The position numbers and the translations under genes are program-made. The notes beneath the pieces were generated by a model. The model worked only from the letters and a program-made list of their open reading frames with translations, was not told the DNA's origin and did no database searches. From Clostridia bacterium (lineage in GTDB: Bacteria; Bacillota; Clostridia; Christensenellales; CAG-138): a DNA stretch of 64,000 bases. Shown here piece after piece: positions 46,969 through 56,200 of this stretch. The stretch spans positions 9,836 to 73,835 of the forward strand of contig JAFWJN010000050.1 in NCBI GenBank assembly GCA_017514685.1, given 5' to 3'. Position 1 is the stretch's first letter, and each line of letters opens with the position of its first letter.

Positions 46969-47979
46969 ATGTATTCTGTGATTAATCACTCGCTGCTGGC
47001 ACTTCTGACAGCTTTTGCAATTGCTGCGGCTCTCGGCCTTATGACCATTCCGCTTCTGCAGAAACTGACGCAGGGACAGACAGCTTCGAGCGAGGGACCG
47101 AAACCACATACAGGCAAAAAGGGAACGTCCACGATCGGCGGGATCATTATGATGTCCGCTATCATTCTGTCCACGCTTTTCTGGGCAAGAGGGAGCTATA
47201 CCTTTGTGCTGACGGCGCTTTTGATGAGCATGCTGTTCGGACTGGTGGGCTTTGTTGATGATTTTATTAAGGTAAACAGAAACCAAAGCAAAGGACTGAA
47301 CGCATGGCAGAAAATTGTGATCCATTCCATTCTCGCGCTCGGATTCGCTTTCTGGTTCTATCGGATGGAAGATGTCGGACCGTTTGTCTGGAACGGCAGC
47401 CTGAACATCGGCGGCTTATATATTCCGTTCGCTGTACTGGTAATTGTTGCAACCGTCAACTCCGTAAACCTGACGGATGGAATCGACGGGCTCGCCGGAT
47501 CAGTGACATCAGTCTATACCCTGTTCATGGGGCTTCTGCTATGCATTACGGTTGTTGCCGCTCCGGCAACCGCCGATCCGCAGGAATTGCTGGACCGCAG
47601 CGCGCTTGGAGCGTTCTCGATGGCGGTATCAGGAGCATGTATCGGGTTCCTGCTGTTTAATATGCATCCTTCCAGGGTTTCCATGGGGGACACCGGATCG
47701 CATATAATCGGAGGCGCAATTGCCGCTATTGCGCTGATGTCTGGAACGGCTCTGCTGCTTCCGTTGATGTGTGTTTGCTTTGCGGCATCCAGCGTATCTG
47801 TTATTCTGCAGATAGCGACCAATCACCTGCGGAACGGGAAACGGTTGTTCCGCATGGCGCCGATTTATCATCATTTTCAAATGAAAGGAGTGCCGGAAGC
47901 GAAGATCATTTCGATCTACAGCATCATTACGCTGGTCAGCAGCGCTGCCGCACTTCTGATATACTGGGTTTTACAATAG
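46969..47979 (+). CDS. mraY: phospho-N-acetylmuramoyl-pentapeptide transferase
   Basis: Polytopic protein with KKGTSTIGG, FVDDFIKV, NSVNLTDGIDGLA and MGDTGS motifs. Confidence 0.95.
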   Translation: MYSVINHSLLALLTAFAIAAALGLMTIPLLQKLTQGQTASSEGPKPHTGKKGTSTIGGIIMMSAIILSTLFWARGSYTFVLTALLMSMLFGLVGFVDDFIKVNRNQSKGLNAWQKIVIHSILALGFAFWFYRMEDVGPFVWNGSLNIGGLYIPFAVLVIVATVNSVNLTDGIDGLAGSVTSVYTLFMGLLLCITVVAAPATADPQELLDRSALGAFSMAVSGACIGFLLFNMHPSRVSMGDTGSHIIGGAIAAIALMSGTALLLPLMCVCFAASSVSVILQIATNHLRNGKRLFRMAPIYHHFQMKGVPEAKIISIYSIITLVSSAAALLIYWVLQ

Positions 47980-47987
47980 GAGGAACA

Positions 47988-49337
47988 ATGGAAAGACAGA
48001 AAACAGCTCTGATCGTCGGAATGGCGAAAAGCGGAATTGCCGCCGCGCGGCTTTTGTATCAGGATAATTACCGGATCATTATCAACGATATGAAACCGGA
48101 AATAAAAGGTCTTTTCGACCAACTGTCCGGAATCGCATATGAAGTCAAACTCGGCGCGAATCCAATGGATCTTCTCGACAATGTGGATCTGGTAGTCCCG
48201 AGTCCTGCTATTCCAATGACGAGAAACTTCATCGTGGAAGCTAAACGGCGCGGAATCGAGGTAATTTCTGAGATCGAGCTGGGGTACCGTTATTCCAAGG
48301 CGGATTTTGTCTGCATCACGGGAACGAACGGTAAAACAACCTGTACAGCTCTGACCGGCGAACTGTTCAAGGCGGCGGGTAGGACCACATATGTTCTCGG
48401 CAATATCGGAATTGCAATTTCAGCTCATGCATTGGAGACCCGTAAGGGGGATGTTGTTGTTGCCGAAACAGCGGCTTTGCAGCTGGAAGGAAACAGCAGA
48501 TTTCATGCTATCGCTGCAGGAGTATGCAACATTACGCCGGATCATCTTGATCATTTCGGGACGATGGAAAATTATATTGCTGCAAAAGCTAAAATTCTGG
48601 ACAATCAGACTGAAAATGATTATGCAGTCCTGAATTATGATGATCCTACTGTCCGGGATTTTGCAAAACTGACTCCGGCCCATGTTCTGTATTTTTCCAG
48701 AAAAGAAGAAGTGGAACAGGGAATGTTCCTTCGTGGAAACCGGCTCGTTTACCGGATCGGAGAAACAGAAGGCGAATTGATGAATGCGGAAGACATTCGC
48801 ATTCCGGGCGCACATAATCTGGAGAATGCTATGCTGTGCGCATTGCTGGCACTGTCGCAGGGAATTGCACCGGAGACGATTGTCAAGGTGATGAAATCAT
48901 TCCCCGGTGTTGAGCACAGAATCGAATATGTCTGCACCCGCAGCGGGGTCGATTATATTAATGATTCAAAAGGAACAAATCCGGCATCTACCATAAGGGC
49001 TATTCAGGCGATGAAAAAGCCAACGGTTCTGATTCTGGGAGGATATGACAAGAAAATCCCCTTCGATGAATTGTTTGAAGCTTTTACGCCGATTATTAAG
49101 GCGTGCGTTGTGATTGGAGATACACAGAAGACAATTCTTGAGACGGCGGAAAAATACGGTTATGCCGATTTATGCAAAACAGCAGATTCTTTTGGAGCCG
49201 CAGTGGATTTAGCGCATGATCTTGCGAAAAGCGGGGATGCGGTTCTGCTTTCACCGGCCTGTGCGAGCTGGGACATGTTTGACAATTATGAGCAAAGGGG
49301 CAGGGTGTTCAAGGAAATCGCAAGAGAATACCATTGA
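47988..49337 (+). CDS. murD: UDP-N-acetylmuramoylalanine--D-glutamate ligase
   Basis: N-terminus VGMAKSGIAAARLL, GTNGKTT P-loop, and NDSKGTN. The ATG at 47988 is preceded by AGGAGGAAC. Confidence 0.93.
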   Translation: MERQKTALIVGMAKSGIAAARLLYQDNYRIIINDMKPEIKGLFDQLSGIAYEVKLGANPMDLLDNVDLVVPSPAIPMTRNFIVEAKRRGIEVISEIELGYRYSKADFVCITGTNGKTTCTALTGELFKAAGRTTYVLGNIGIAISAHALETRKGDVVVAETAALQLEGNSRFHAIAAGVCNITPDHLDHFGTMENYIAAKAKILDNQTENDYAVLNYDDPTVRDFAKLTPAHVLYFSRKEEVEQGMFLRGNRLVYRIGETEGELMNAEDIRIPGAHNLENAMLCALLALSQGIAPETIVKVMKSFPGVEHRIEYVCTRSGVDYINDSKGTNPASTIRAIQAMKKPTVLILGGYDKKIPFDELFEAFTPIIKACVVIGDTQKTILETAEKYGYADLCKTADSFGAAVDLAHDLAKSGDAVLLSPACASWDMFDNYEQRGRVFKEIAREYH

Positions 49338-49359
49338 GCATTCATAAAGAAGGAAACAA

Positions 49360-50508
49360 ATGGAAGCACTGCAGGAAAAACAAAACAGACAGGTATTCTT
49401 CGGAAGGGCACAGGGCAGGATGGATTTTTCCATTCTGCTGGTTGTGACGATTTTGTGCGCCTTCGGACTTGTCATGATTTTTTCCGCAAGCTACTATTAT
49501 GCCCAGCATTATTCGGGCGCGAACAATGACGGTTTCTATTACCTGAAACGGCAGGCACTTTATTTGGCAATCGGGTATCCGGTTATGCTGGTTCTGTCCA
49601 TGCTGAATTACCGGGTCATTGAAAGAGCAAACTATCTGGCAATGGGGGTTTCCATTTTGCTTCTGATAGCAGTGCTCTTGTGGGGAAGAGACTTAAACGG
49701 AGGAAAACGGTGGCTGTATATCGGTCCGGTTTCTGTTCAGCCGTCTGAAGTCGCGAAGTTCGGCCTGATGATCTATATGTGCGCATTCATGTCCAGACAT
49801 CGCGGAGAAATGGCATCGGTTCAAAAAGGAATGGTCCCGATGCTGTTTGCAATCGTCTTGATTGCAGGATTGATTATGCTGCAGCCGAACATGTCGATGG
49901 CTGTTATCGTCGCGTTTATCGGTGTTGTTCTTCTCTTTTTAGGCGGATGCGACTTAAGACCGCTGATCGTTGTAGGTGTTATCGGCATTATCGGCGTGGT
50001 TGGACTGGCGTTTGCACAGCCGTACAGAATCGACCGCATGACATCCTTCCGGAATCCTGAACTGGATCCTCAGGGAACCGGCTATCAGCTTCTGCAATCG
50101 TTCTATGCGATCGGATCGGGAGGATGGTTTGGAAAAGGACTTGGAAACAGTTATCAGAAATTGCTGTATATGACATACGGCGAATCTGACTTTATCTTTG
50201 CAATTCTTTGCGAGGAGCTAGGATTTGTCGGAGGAACGATTATCATCCTGCTGTATGCATATATTGTTTTTCGCGGGATGCAGATTTCAATGAGATGCAG
50301 AAACAGGTTCGGAAGCCTTCTTAGCGCGGGTATTTCCATCGTTTTCGGCTTCCAGGTATTTGTCAACATCGCTGTTGTTACCGGACTGATGCCGACGACA
50401 GGGCAGGCGCTTCCGTTTATTTCGGCAGGAGGAACGCAGCTTCTGGTGTTCCTTGCCGCTATGGGTGTATTGCTGAACATTTCCAGGGATGTAAATCCGA
50501 ACAATTGA
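49360..50508 (+). CDS. ftsW: FtsW/SpoVE-type SEDS peptidoglycan glycosyltransferase
   Basis: Ten-TM SEDS pattern with VQPSEVAKF, ESDFIFA and LPFISAGGT. Confidence 0.9.
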   Translation: MEALQEKQNRQVFFGRAQGRMDFSILLVVTILCAFGLVMIFSASYYYAQHYSGANNDGFYYLKRQALYLAIGYPVMLVLSMLNYRVIERANYLAMGVSILLLIAVLLWGRDLNGGKRWLYIGPVSVQPSEVAKFGLMIYMCAFMSRHRGEMASVQKGMVPMLFAIVLIAGLIMLQPNMSMAVIVAFIGVVLLFLGGCDLRPLIVVGVIGIIGVVGLAFAQPYRIDRMTSFRNPELDPQGTGYQLLQSFYAIGSGGWFGKGLGNSYQKLLYMTYGESDFIFAILCEELGFVGGTIIILLYAYIVFRGMQISMRCRNRFGSLLSAGISIVFGFQVFVNIAVVTGLMPTTGQALPFISAGGTQLLVFLAAMGVLLNISRDVNPNN

Positions 50509-50546
50509 CAGACTGACAAGAGATACAGGAAAGGAAGAGCAGAATC

Positions 50547-51905
50547 TTGGCTAAGAAGCATGACGATGAGGACCGCGTAATCATCCGGTTTGACAATGAG
50601 GAGGGTGAAGAGGAAGAAGCACCCTTTAATTTGTTTGACGATGAGGATGAAACGTCACAGTCAAAGGATCCAAACCGGTATGCCGATGACTCGGAAGAGA
50701 TAACCGCTGCCGGAGATAAACCGGTGGATGAAGCAGAACAGATGAGGCTTTCTTTCGATCGATACGGCCGCAGGCTTCCTCACAAAAAGAAAAAATCGCA
50801 ATACGGAAAACGAAAAAACGCTCCGAAAGCTTCAACACGAATCATTCAGAATGATACAATTGCTCGAAGGGAATATGAAGCGGCGCAGGAACGTTCCCGC
50901 CAGAGAGCACAAAGACGCAAAGCAAAAGAGCAGAGTGAAAAAAAAAGAAAGGAGCGCGAACGCAGGGCGCGCAGAATTTCAATATTGAAGACTGCCGGGA
51001 TGGCAACAGGGGTGATTCTGATTCTGCTCGTCATGACCTGGTATACGACCAGGATTCGGACGATTAATGTGAATCATGTTCCATCCGGGTACACGGCTGA
51101 CGAGATTGTAAAGCGTTCCGGATTAAAAACAGGAGTCTGCATCGCATTCCAGAATCTGGATGACGCAAAGAAACGAATTGAAGAAGATGCTTATCTGACT
51201 GCAACGGTCAAGTATTCCTTCCCGTCAACAGTTACGATTAATATTGCACAGAGAACCGCTGCTGCGTGTGTTCGCTGGGGACCTCAGAATGAGTACCTGG
51301 CAATCATAGATTCTTCCGCGGTTGTTCTGAATGCAGAATCGGATACAACGGAAGGACTTATTGTCATAGACGGACTTGCGGTTACAACCGCACAAAACGG
51401 AAGAGCACTCGGTGATTCGACCGACATGCAGGTAGCTACCCTGATTCGGCTTTTGACAAAATTGGAGGAGCTGGACCTGATGAATCGATCGCCGCAGATC
51501 TCGCGAATCGATATGAACGAGATGATGAGCATTTCCATGAAAACAAGCGGAAGCAATTATAGCATAGAGGTCGGGGATTCTTCCAATCTGGACACAAAAC
51601 TGTTGCTTTTGCAAAAACATTGGTCGGAAATAATGAATACTGCAGCGCAGTATATAACCAAAGGATATAGTACGGCGACCATTTATCTTTATACAAAGGG
51701 CGGAGTATCTGTATCTCCGTATGAGCCCGGTTATAACTATGCAATGGAACAGATCGGGAATTATACGCTTCCAACAAACGGACCCGATACGACACCGAAC
51801 CCAATCGGTACAACAGAACCGACGGACCCTGACGCGCCGCCACCTGAAACGCCTACACCTACTCCCACCGTTATGCCTCATCAGGGAGGGTCCTTTACAG
51901 GTTGA
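50547..51905 (+). CDS. ftsQ: FtsQ/DivIB-type cell division protein with a long charged N-terminal extension
   Basis: About 145 aa of D/E/K/R-rich sequence, then a TM segment (GMATGVILILLVMTWY). POTRA-like IRTINVNHVPSGYTADEIVKRSGLKTG. P/T-rich C-terminus. TTG start. Confidence 0.7.
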   Translation: MAKKHDDEDRVIIRFDNEEGEEEEAPFNLFDDEDETSQSKDPNRYADDSEEITAAGDKPVDEAEQMRLSFDRYGRRLPHKKKKSQYGKRKNAPKASTRIIQNDTIARREYEAAQERSRQRAQRRKAKEQSEKKRKERERRARRISILKTAGMATGVILILLVMTWYTTRIRTINVNHVPSGYTADEIVKRSGLKTGVCIAFQNLDDAKKRIEEDAYLTATVKYSFPSTVTINIAQRTAAACVRWGPQNEYLAIIDSSAVVLNAESDTTEGLIVIDGLAVTTAQNGRALGDSTDMQVATLIRLLTKLEELDLMNRSPQISRIDMNEMMSISMKTSGSNYSIEVGDSSNLDTKLLLLQKHWSEIMNTAAQYITKGYSTATIYLYTKGGVSVSPYEPGYNYAMEQIGNYTLPTNGPDTTPNPIGTTEPTDPDAPPPETPTPTPTVMPHQGGSFTG

Positions 51906-51996
51906 TTTAAAGAAGAAAAAACCGTTTGAAGAGAGCTTGAAATGTTCTGTCCTTGTCAGGTGGACAAAGGAAATAACTAAAAACTTGTATGTACAC

Positions 51997-52033
51997 AACA
52001 CCTTGTTCAGCATGAGCAGGGTGTTTCTTTTTC
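51997..52033 (+). terminator. terminator after ftsQ (end of dcw operon)
   Basis: 9-bp stem AACACCTTG / CAGGGTGTT (one G-T pair), 11-nt loop, followed by TTTCTTTTT. Confidence 0.5.
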
Positions 52034-52292
52034 GTTTGCTCGTTCAACGAGTAAACGGTATTTCGATTATAATTTCCATGTGCAAGCGATATTGAACTGT
52101 GGCGGAAAAGATACATCGGTGATACAATAAATATATGTAAGAAAGGCAAAGCAATGAAGCAAACAGAGCCCACAAAAGACTTCTAGGAACAAGTGGTAAA
52201 ATATGTTTTGAAAGCTGAAAGTTCAATCAAACAAAAAAATGCAAAAAACTCGATCCGACACATATATAATTAATCTGTTGAGGACTAGGTAG

Positions 52293-52805
52293 ATGAAAGT
52301 AAGAATATCAAAATATAATCCTGCCTTTCGAATGAATGGGATATATACTGTGCCTGATTGGACCAGCGTCAGTGACATTGGTGAAGAATTCGCCGGGGTA
52401 AAGTTAAGCAAAGATATGTATTTAAATGTCGAATCACAATATCTGGCTTGCCTAAATGAACTCATTCTATTATCAAAAACAAATTCAATGCAAATTACAG
52501 CATTTGAAAGAGGACCACGCCAAGGTCTATTATTTGCATTTCAAATGACACACCTACTTAACTGTGGATTATACTTTTTCCGTCCTGTTCAATGGAGAAA
52601 AGGACAAATGCTTTCTTTATCTGAAGTGAAATCATTTATTATGGACAGTTTAAGAGAAAAGTGTTGGGGAAGACTATGTTCAGACTCTATGGCACTGGAT
52701 GTGGGATATGATTATTATGTACACCTTGATACATCTTTGTCTCTTGAATCTGTTCAAAGAGTGGTGTCTAAGTATGGTCTTTATCTTGATCGGATTCATG
52801 AATAA
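52293..52805 (+). CDS. hypothetical protein (170 aa)
   Basis: GAGGAC RBS lies 7 nt before the ATG. Soluble, and I recognise no motif. Sequence features include KVRISKYNP...DWTSVSDIG... and C-terminal VGYDYYVHL. Confidence 0.55.
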   Translation: MKVRISKYNPAFRMNGIYTVPDWTSVSDIGEEFAGVKLSKDMYLNVESQYLACLNELILLSKTNSMQITAFERGPRQGLLFAFQMTHLLNCGLYFFRPVQWRKGQMLSLSEVKSFIMDSLREKCWGRLCSDSMALDVGYDYYVHLDTSLSLESVQRVVSKYGLYLDRIHE

Positions 52806-52981
52806 TCATTTATTGAATGATCAAAATCGATATAATACAGAAACAGATTTGCAAAAAGATGTTAAGAATGATTTGGATCATGGATGGGGTTTCAAAGAGA
52901 AGTCTATATTCAGAATTGACGTATAGAAATAGAACAATTGTTCCCGCGGGATATGCAGTTTATCTTAAATGGGTTCAGTAG

Positions 52982-53917
52982 ATGAAATGCATTATGATGA
53001 AAAAACTTGTTTTATTATTGATCTTGTTTCTCACGATATCCTTCTTCTTTGGTTGCAATAATGACTCATCGGTTTATTATATTCAATCGGAAGAGCAACT
53101 AGAACACCTCATTTCGGATGTGAAGCATAAACAAGAAATCAAAGTATTAAAAATCGATGGTATAATAGAAATTCCGAAAGAAGCTTTTAAGAACTGCAGT
53201 AAACTTCAAGAGCTTATTTTAGGAAACAGCATCCAAGTTATTGGAGAAGATGCTTTCTATGGATGCGAAAATCTGGCTGAGATAAGATGGTCTAAAAGCT
53301 TAATAGAAATAGGAAGTGGTTCTTTTTACGGAACAGGAATTCATGAGCTGACATTTCCAAGCGAATGTAAATTGACAATCCAAGAATCTGCATTTTGGAA
53401 TTGCACTGAGTTAAAGACCGTGAAACTCGGAGAAGAGGTCGCTTGCTTGAAAGATACCTTTCACGATTGTGTTGCTTTGGATAGCATAGAACTTCCCCCC
53501 ACAATTGTCCTGATTGAAGCAGAAATGTGTGCAAAGTGTAATTCTTTAAAGATATTAATTCTGCCTAAGTCTGTCCAGTTTGTGGATGCATGGCCTGCCA
53601 ATAACAGTGCCATAGAGCGTATTGTATTCGAAGGAACTCCAATTGCTGTTTCCGGCTTAGTAACAAATGCAGACGAATATCCGAATCTTAACGAGATCAT
53701 CTTTCTGGAAGGCCCGCCGCAGCAAGATGCAGAACAAGCTGAATTAGTTGATTTGGAATATGCTCCGGATTTGCCTTTTTATATGGGAGATAGAACCGTT
53801 ACTATTCGCTATTTGTCGCAATATCGAGATTTATGGTCACCGAATGGAGAGACCGAATGGAACGGCTTCCCCTTGAAAGAATGTAGTAATATTGAAGACT
53901 TATTAAGTGCTGAATAA
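52982..53917 (+). CDS. BspA-type leucine-rich-repeat lipoprotein
   Basis: Lipoprotein signal LLILFLTISFFFGC. Repeated about 23-aa units of the form I(P/G)xxAFxxCxxLxxIxLPxS (IPKEAFKNCSKLQELILGNSIQVIGEDAFYGCENLAEI...). The start codon is uncertain (ATG 52982, 52994 or 52997). Confidence 0.75.
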   Translation: MKCIMMKKLVLLLILFLTISFFFGCNNDSSVYYIQSEEQLEHLISDVKHKQEIKVLKIDGIIEIPKEAFKNCSKLQELILGNSIQVIGEDAFYGCENLAEIRWSKSLIEIGSGSFYGTGIHELTFPSECKLTIQESAFWNCTELKTVKLGEEVACLKDTFHDCVALDSIELPPTIVLIEAEMCAKCNSLKILILPKSVQFVDAWPANNSAIERIVFEGTPIAVSGLVTNADEYPNLNEIIFLEGPPQQDAEQAELVDLEYAPDLPFYMGDRTVTIRYLSQYRDLWSPNGETEWNGFPLKECSNIEDLLSAE

Positions 53918-54196
53918 ATGTTCTTGTCATAACAATGTCAACGGAACGATTCTCTTGACTACTTTCATCAATGTCGCAGATTCAATAGGTGTTAAGAGGA
54001 CAGCCCTGTTGACAAATGTGATAAAACACGCAGGGACGGTTCTTGCTGTGTAAATACAGGTGCCAACGCAAACAAAATGGTTAGGAACGAATTAAAAAAT
54101 CTGTACCTGGCGTAACCATAAAATACTAATCTTAGAGCCAGAGATTATTTTCCTTCTGGTCAATTCAATTTCAAATCGGGAGATACTACTTATTAT

Positions 54197-54394
54197 GTGA
54201 AATATGAGTATAAAGGGGACGGTATAATAGCCTATGACTATGATACGAAAACTGACTGGGGAAGTGTTGCTAAAAAAACACTCGCCATCATTTTTGTCGC
54301 AGGTACTGCTATTGAGCTATTATTATCTAGTGGGCAATCTGCCGCCGACTTTCAACAAGCAATTGATCAGTTACAAAGAGCGTTTTGTTATTGA
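54197..54394 (+). CDS. small hypothetical protein or gene remnant (65 aa, GTG start)
   Basis: The frame is open from 54122 with no ATG. It has a beta-rich YVKYEYKGDGIIAYDYDTKTDWG segment, then one hydrophobic helix. Its stop lies 13 nt before the next gene. Confidence 0.3.
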   Translation: MKYEYKGDGIIAYDYDTKTDWGSVAKKTLAIIFVAGTAIELLLSSGQSAADFQQAIDQLQRAFCY

Positions 54395-54406
54395 GCAGGG
54401 GGAAAA

Positions 54407-55117
54407 ATGCATCGATTATTAAAAGCCAAAGATGTAATTCGTATAATACAATCATTTGCTGAATCCGAACATTTTTTGAAATTTAGCGACAAATCTTTCT
54501 TTATCATTGAAAATAGTTTGATCAAAAGTTTCAGTATATTCACATCGCAAAAGGGATTCTTATATGATGTTCATTTTAGTGTCAGTCCTCTATGTGGGGA
54601 ATGCCTTCATATTGGATACGAAAACATTCCATTATCTGGAGTTTCTAAACACCCGGGGCCATATTGGATTGGTTCTTCAAATGAAAAAAAGGATTATGAT
54701 TTGACCATGTCTGAAATAATAAAGGACATGAGAACAGTAATGCTTCCTTTTTTTCAAAGGTGTTCGAATATTGAAACTTCAAAAAATGAAATCCTATTAT
54801 TATTAAAAGCCACTTATAAACTAGAATCCATATTATGGGTTCCAGAATTATATGAGCTTGCGACAGCGGCATTGGATTATGATTTGATGTATCAATGCAT
54901 GATGATTCGATATAAAACGAATCTAGAACAAAAAGATAAAATGTATAATGGAAAAAAAGTTGAGCGTATTAAAGAAATCATTCGCATACAAGAACAAGAA
55001 CTTTACCACATAAAAATCAAAGACGATCAGTATTTTTTAGTACAAGCAAACGAGAACAAACGTAATAATATAGATATTTTAGACTCTTCAACAAAAGTAT
55101 GGAAAACTGAATATTAA
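54407..55117 (+). CDS. hypothetical protein (236 aa), resembles DUF4304-type putative immunity proteins
   Basis: GGGGGAAAA RBS. The N-terminal pattern (FLKFSDKSFFIIENSLIKSFSIFTSQKGFLYDVHFSVSPL) resembles DUF4304-like families. This is recognition from memory only. Confidence 0.5.
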   Translation: MHRLLKAKDVIRIIQSFAESEHFLKFSDKSFFIIENSLIKSFSIFTSQKGFLYDVHFSVSPLCGECLHIGYENIPLSGVSKHPGPYWIGSSNEKKDYDLTMSEIIKDMRTVMLPFFQRCSNIETSKNEILLLLKATYKLESILWVPELYELATAALDYDLMYQCMMIRYKTNLEQKDKMYNGKKVERIKEIIRIQEQELYHIKIKDDQYFLVQANENKRNNIDILDSSTKVWKTEY

Positions 55118-55413
55118 AAAGAGTACAAGATGTGGGCTGCGGTGAAAAAACACACCGCAGTCTACTTGGTCACTATTCTCAGCAAATGCAAGTTCAGCTA
55201 GAGCCGCATAAATTACTGTATATACATCAATCGATATGCAACCGACGAGAAACGAGTAACAGAGAGAAATATGAAAATGGATTCAATGAAAAAGTGCTAA
55301 TGAGCGAACGAACTGATCCGGGAAAACAAAAGGGAAAACGAAGAGCTCCGAAGTTCCGCTGTTCAAATTTCTAATGCCGTTTGCACTTACTCTACTGACA
55401 GAAAGGATAGAAA

Positions 55414-55944
55414 ATGAAAAAATATGTATTTTTCGGATTAGTTATTTTCGTGGTTATAATCGCTGTTGCGTTTGGATTCTTTATCATCCATAGGTTTTAT
55501 CTTCCTTCCTCTTTGTATATGCGGTCACTTTCCCTTCCAAATCTAAACTCGAAGCTTGAAGATGTAAAGTCACAGTATAGCATCAATGACAATGATACAA
55601 TAAAAACTGTTTCTCAATATGGCATTCCACAAGTTGTCATTCGGCTTGACGACAGAACATTAACTTTTATTCCGGATAACGTCCAATTTGTAACAGATAT
55701 AAAAGACTACTCAAATAACTTTATCTTAAATCAAGTGCAAGTAACAGGAGGCGATTATAAGATAAATAACATCGGGATAGGAAGTTCGCTAAAGGAAGTA
55801 GAAGAAGCTTTTCGATCTTTTCATAAATGCACTGAAAAGCCAGGCATTGGTGCAGGGTATTATGATGAAGATTATGTTTTTATTAGGTTTCTCTATGATC
55901 AAAATGATCAAGTTGTTTTGATTACAATTGCTAATGAAGTGTAG
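55414..55944 (+). CDS. hypothetical membrane-anchored protein (176 aa)
   Basis: N-terminal TM segment YVFFGLVIFVVIIAVAFGFFII and a small C-terminal beta domain (IGIGSSLKEVEEAF...VFIRFLYDQNDQVVLITI). RBS AAAGGA. Confidence 0.55.
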   Translation: MKKYVFFGLVIFVVIIAVAFGFFIIHRFYLPSSLYMRSLSLPNLNSKLEDVKSQYSINDNDTIKTVSQYGIPQVVIRLDDRTLTFIPDNVQFVTDIKDYSNNFILNQVQVTGGDYKINNIGIGSSLKEVEEAFRSFHKCTEKPGIGAGYYDEDYVFIRFLYDQNDQVVLITIANEV

Positions 55945-56160
55945 TAACTAAGTGTCAGGGGAAGTGTCAGGAAACACAAGGGGACGGTTAGCGTGAAAAC
56001 GAATTCTGGACTGGGGTGAAAAAATGACAGAGGGTATATAATAGCGTATGGGTAGGATAAGGAAGAAATAATACAAGTAATGATATACATAAAGCGCTTA
56101 ACTCCTACGTCTACATAACCAACGTCATAAACTAATCGTTCTTCAGTTGAAACCGCTATG

Positions 56161-56200
56161 CACAGGCGCTCGATTAACTCGTGCGCCTGTGTGTTTTTTC
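56161..56200 (+). terminator. rho-independent terminator at the right edge of the island
   Basis: CACAGGCGC-(13 nt)-GCGCCTGTG followed by TGTTTTTTC. Confidence 0.7.

Noticed and set aside
52699-52926. 75-aa ORF overlapping the 3' end of the 170-aa island gene, as a possible frameshifted continuation.
   Set aside because: I saw no slippery sequence. The overlapping part is hydrophobic nonsense, and the 170-aa ORF ends cleanly. There is insufficient evidence for a pseudogene or frameshift.
55214-55229. TACTGTATATACATCA, which resembles an E. coli-type LexA SOS box (CTGT-N8-ACAG).
   Set aside because: Only one half-site matches. Firmicutes LexA recognises GAAC-N4-GTTC instead. The resemblance is likely chance in AT-rich DNA.
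55132-55413. 80-aa GTG-start ORF, and a different-frame peptide ANELIRENKRENEELRSSAVQISNAV that is reminiscent of an IS3 OrfA leucine zipper.
   Set aside because: Neither has a credible start or RBS, and both are short. The 5' end of the 80-aa ORF is actually a hairpin (CTGCGGTG-N8-CACCGCAG) following the previous gene. At most this is decayed remnant DNA, and I cannot support a mobile-element call.
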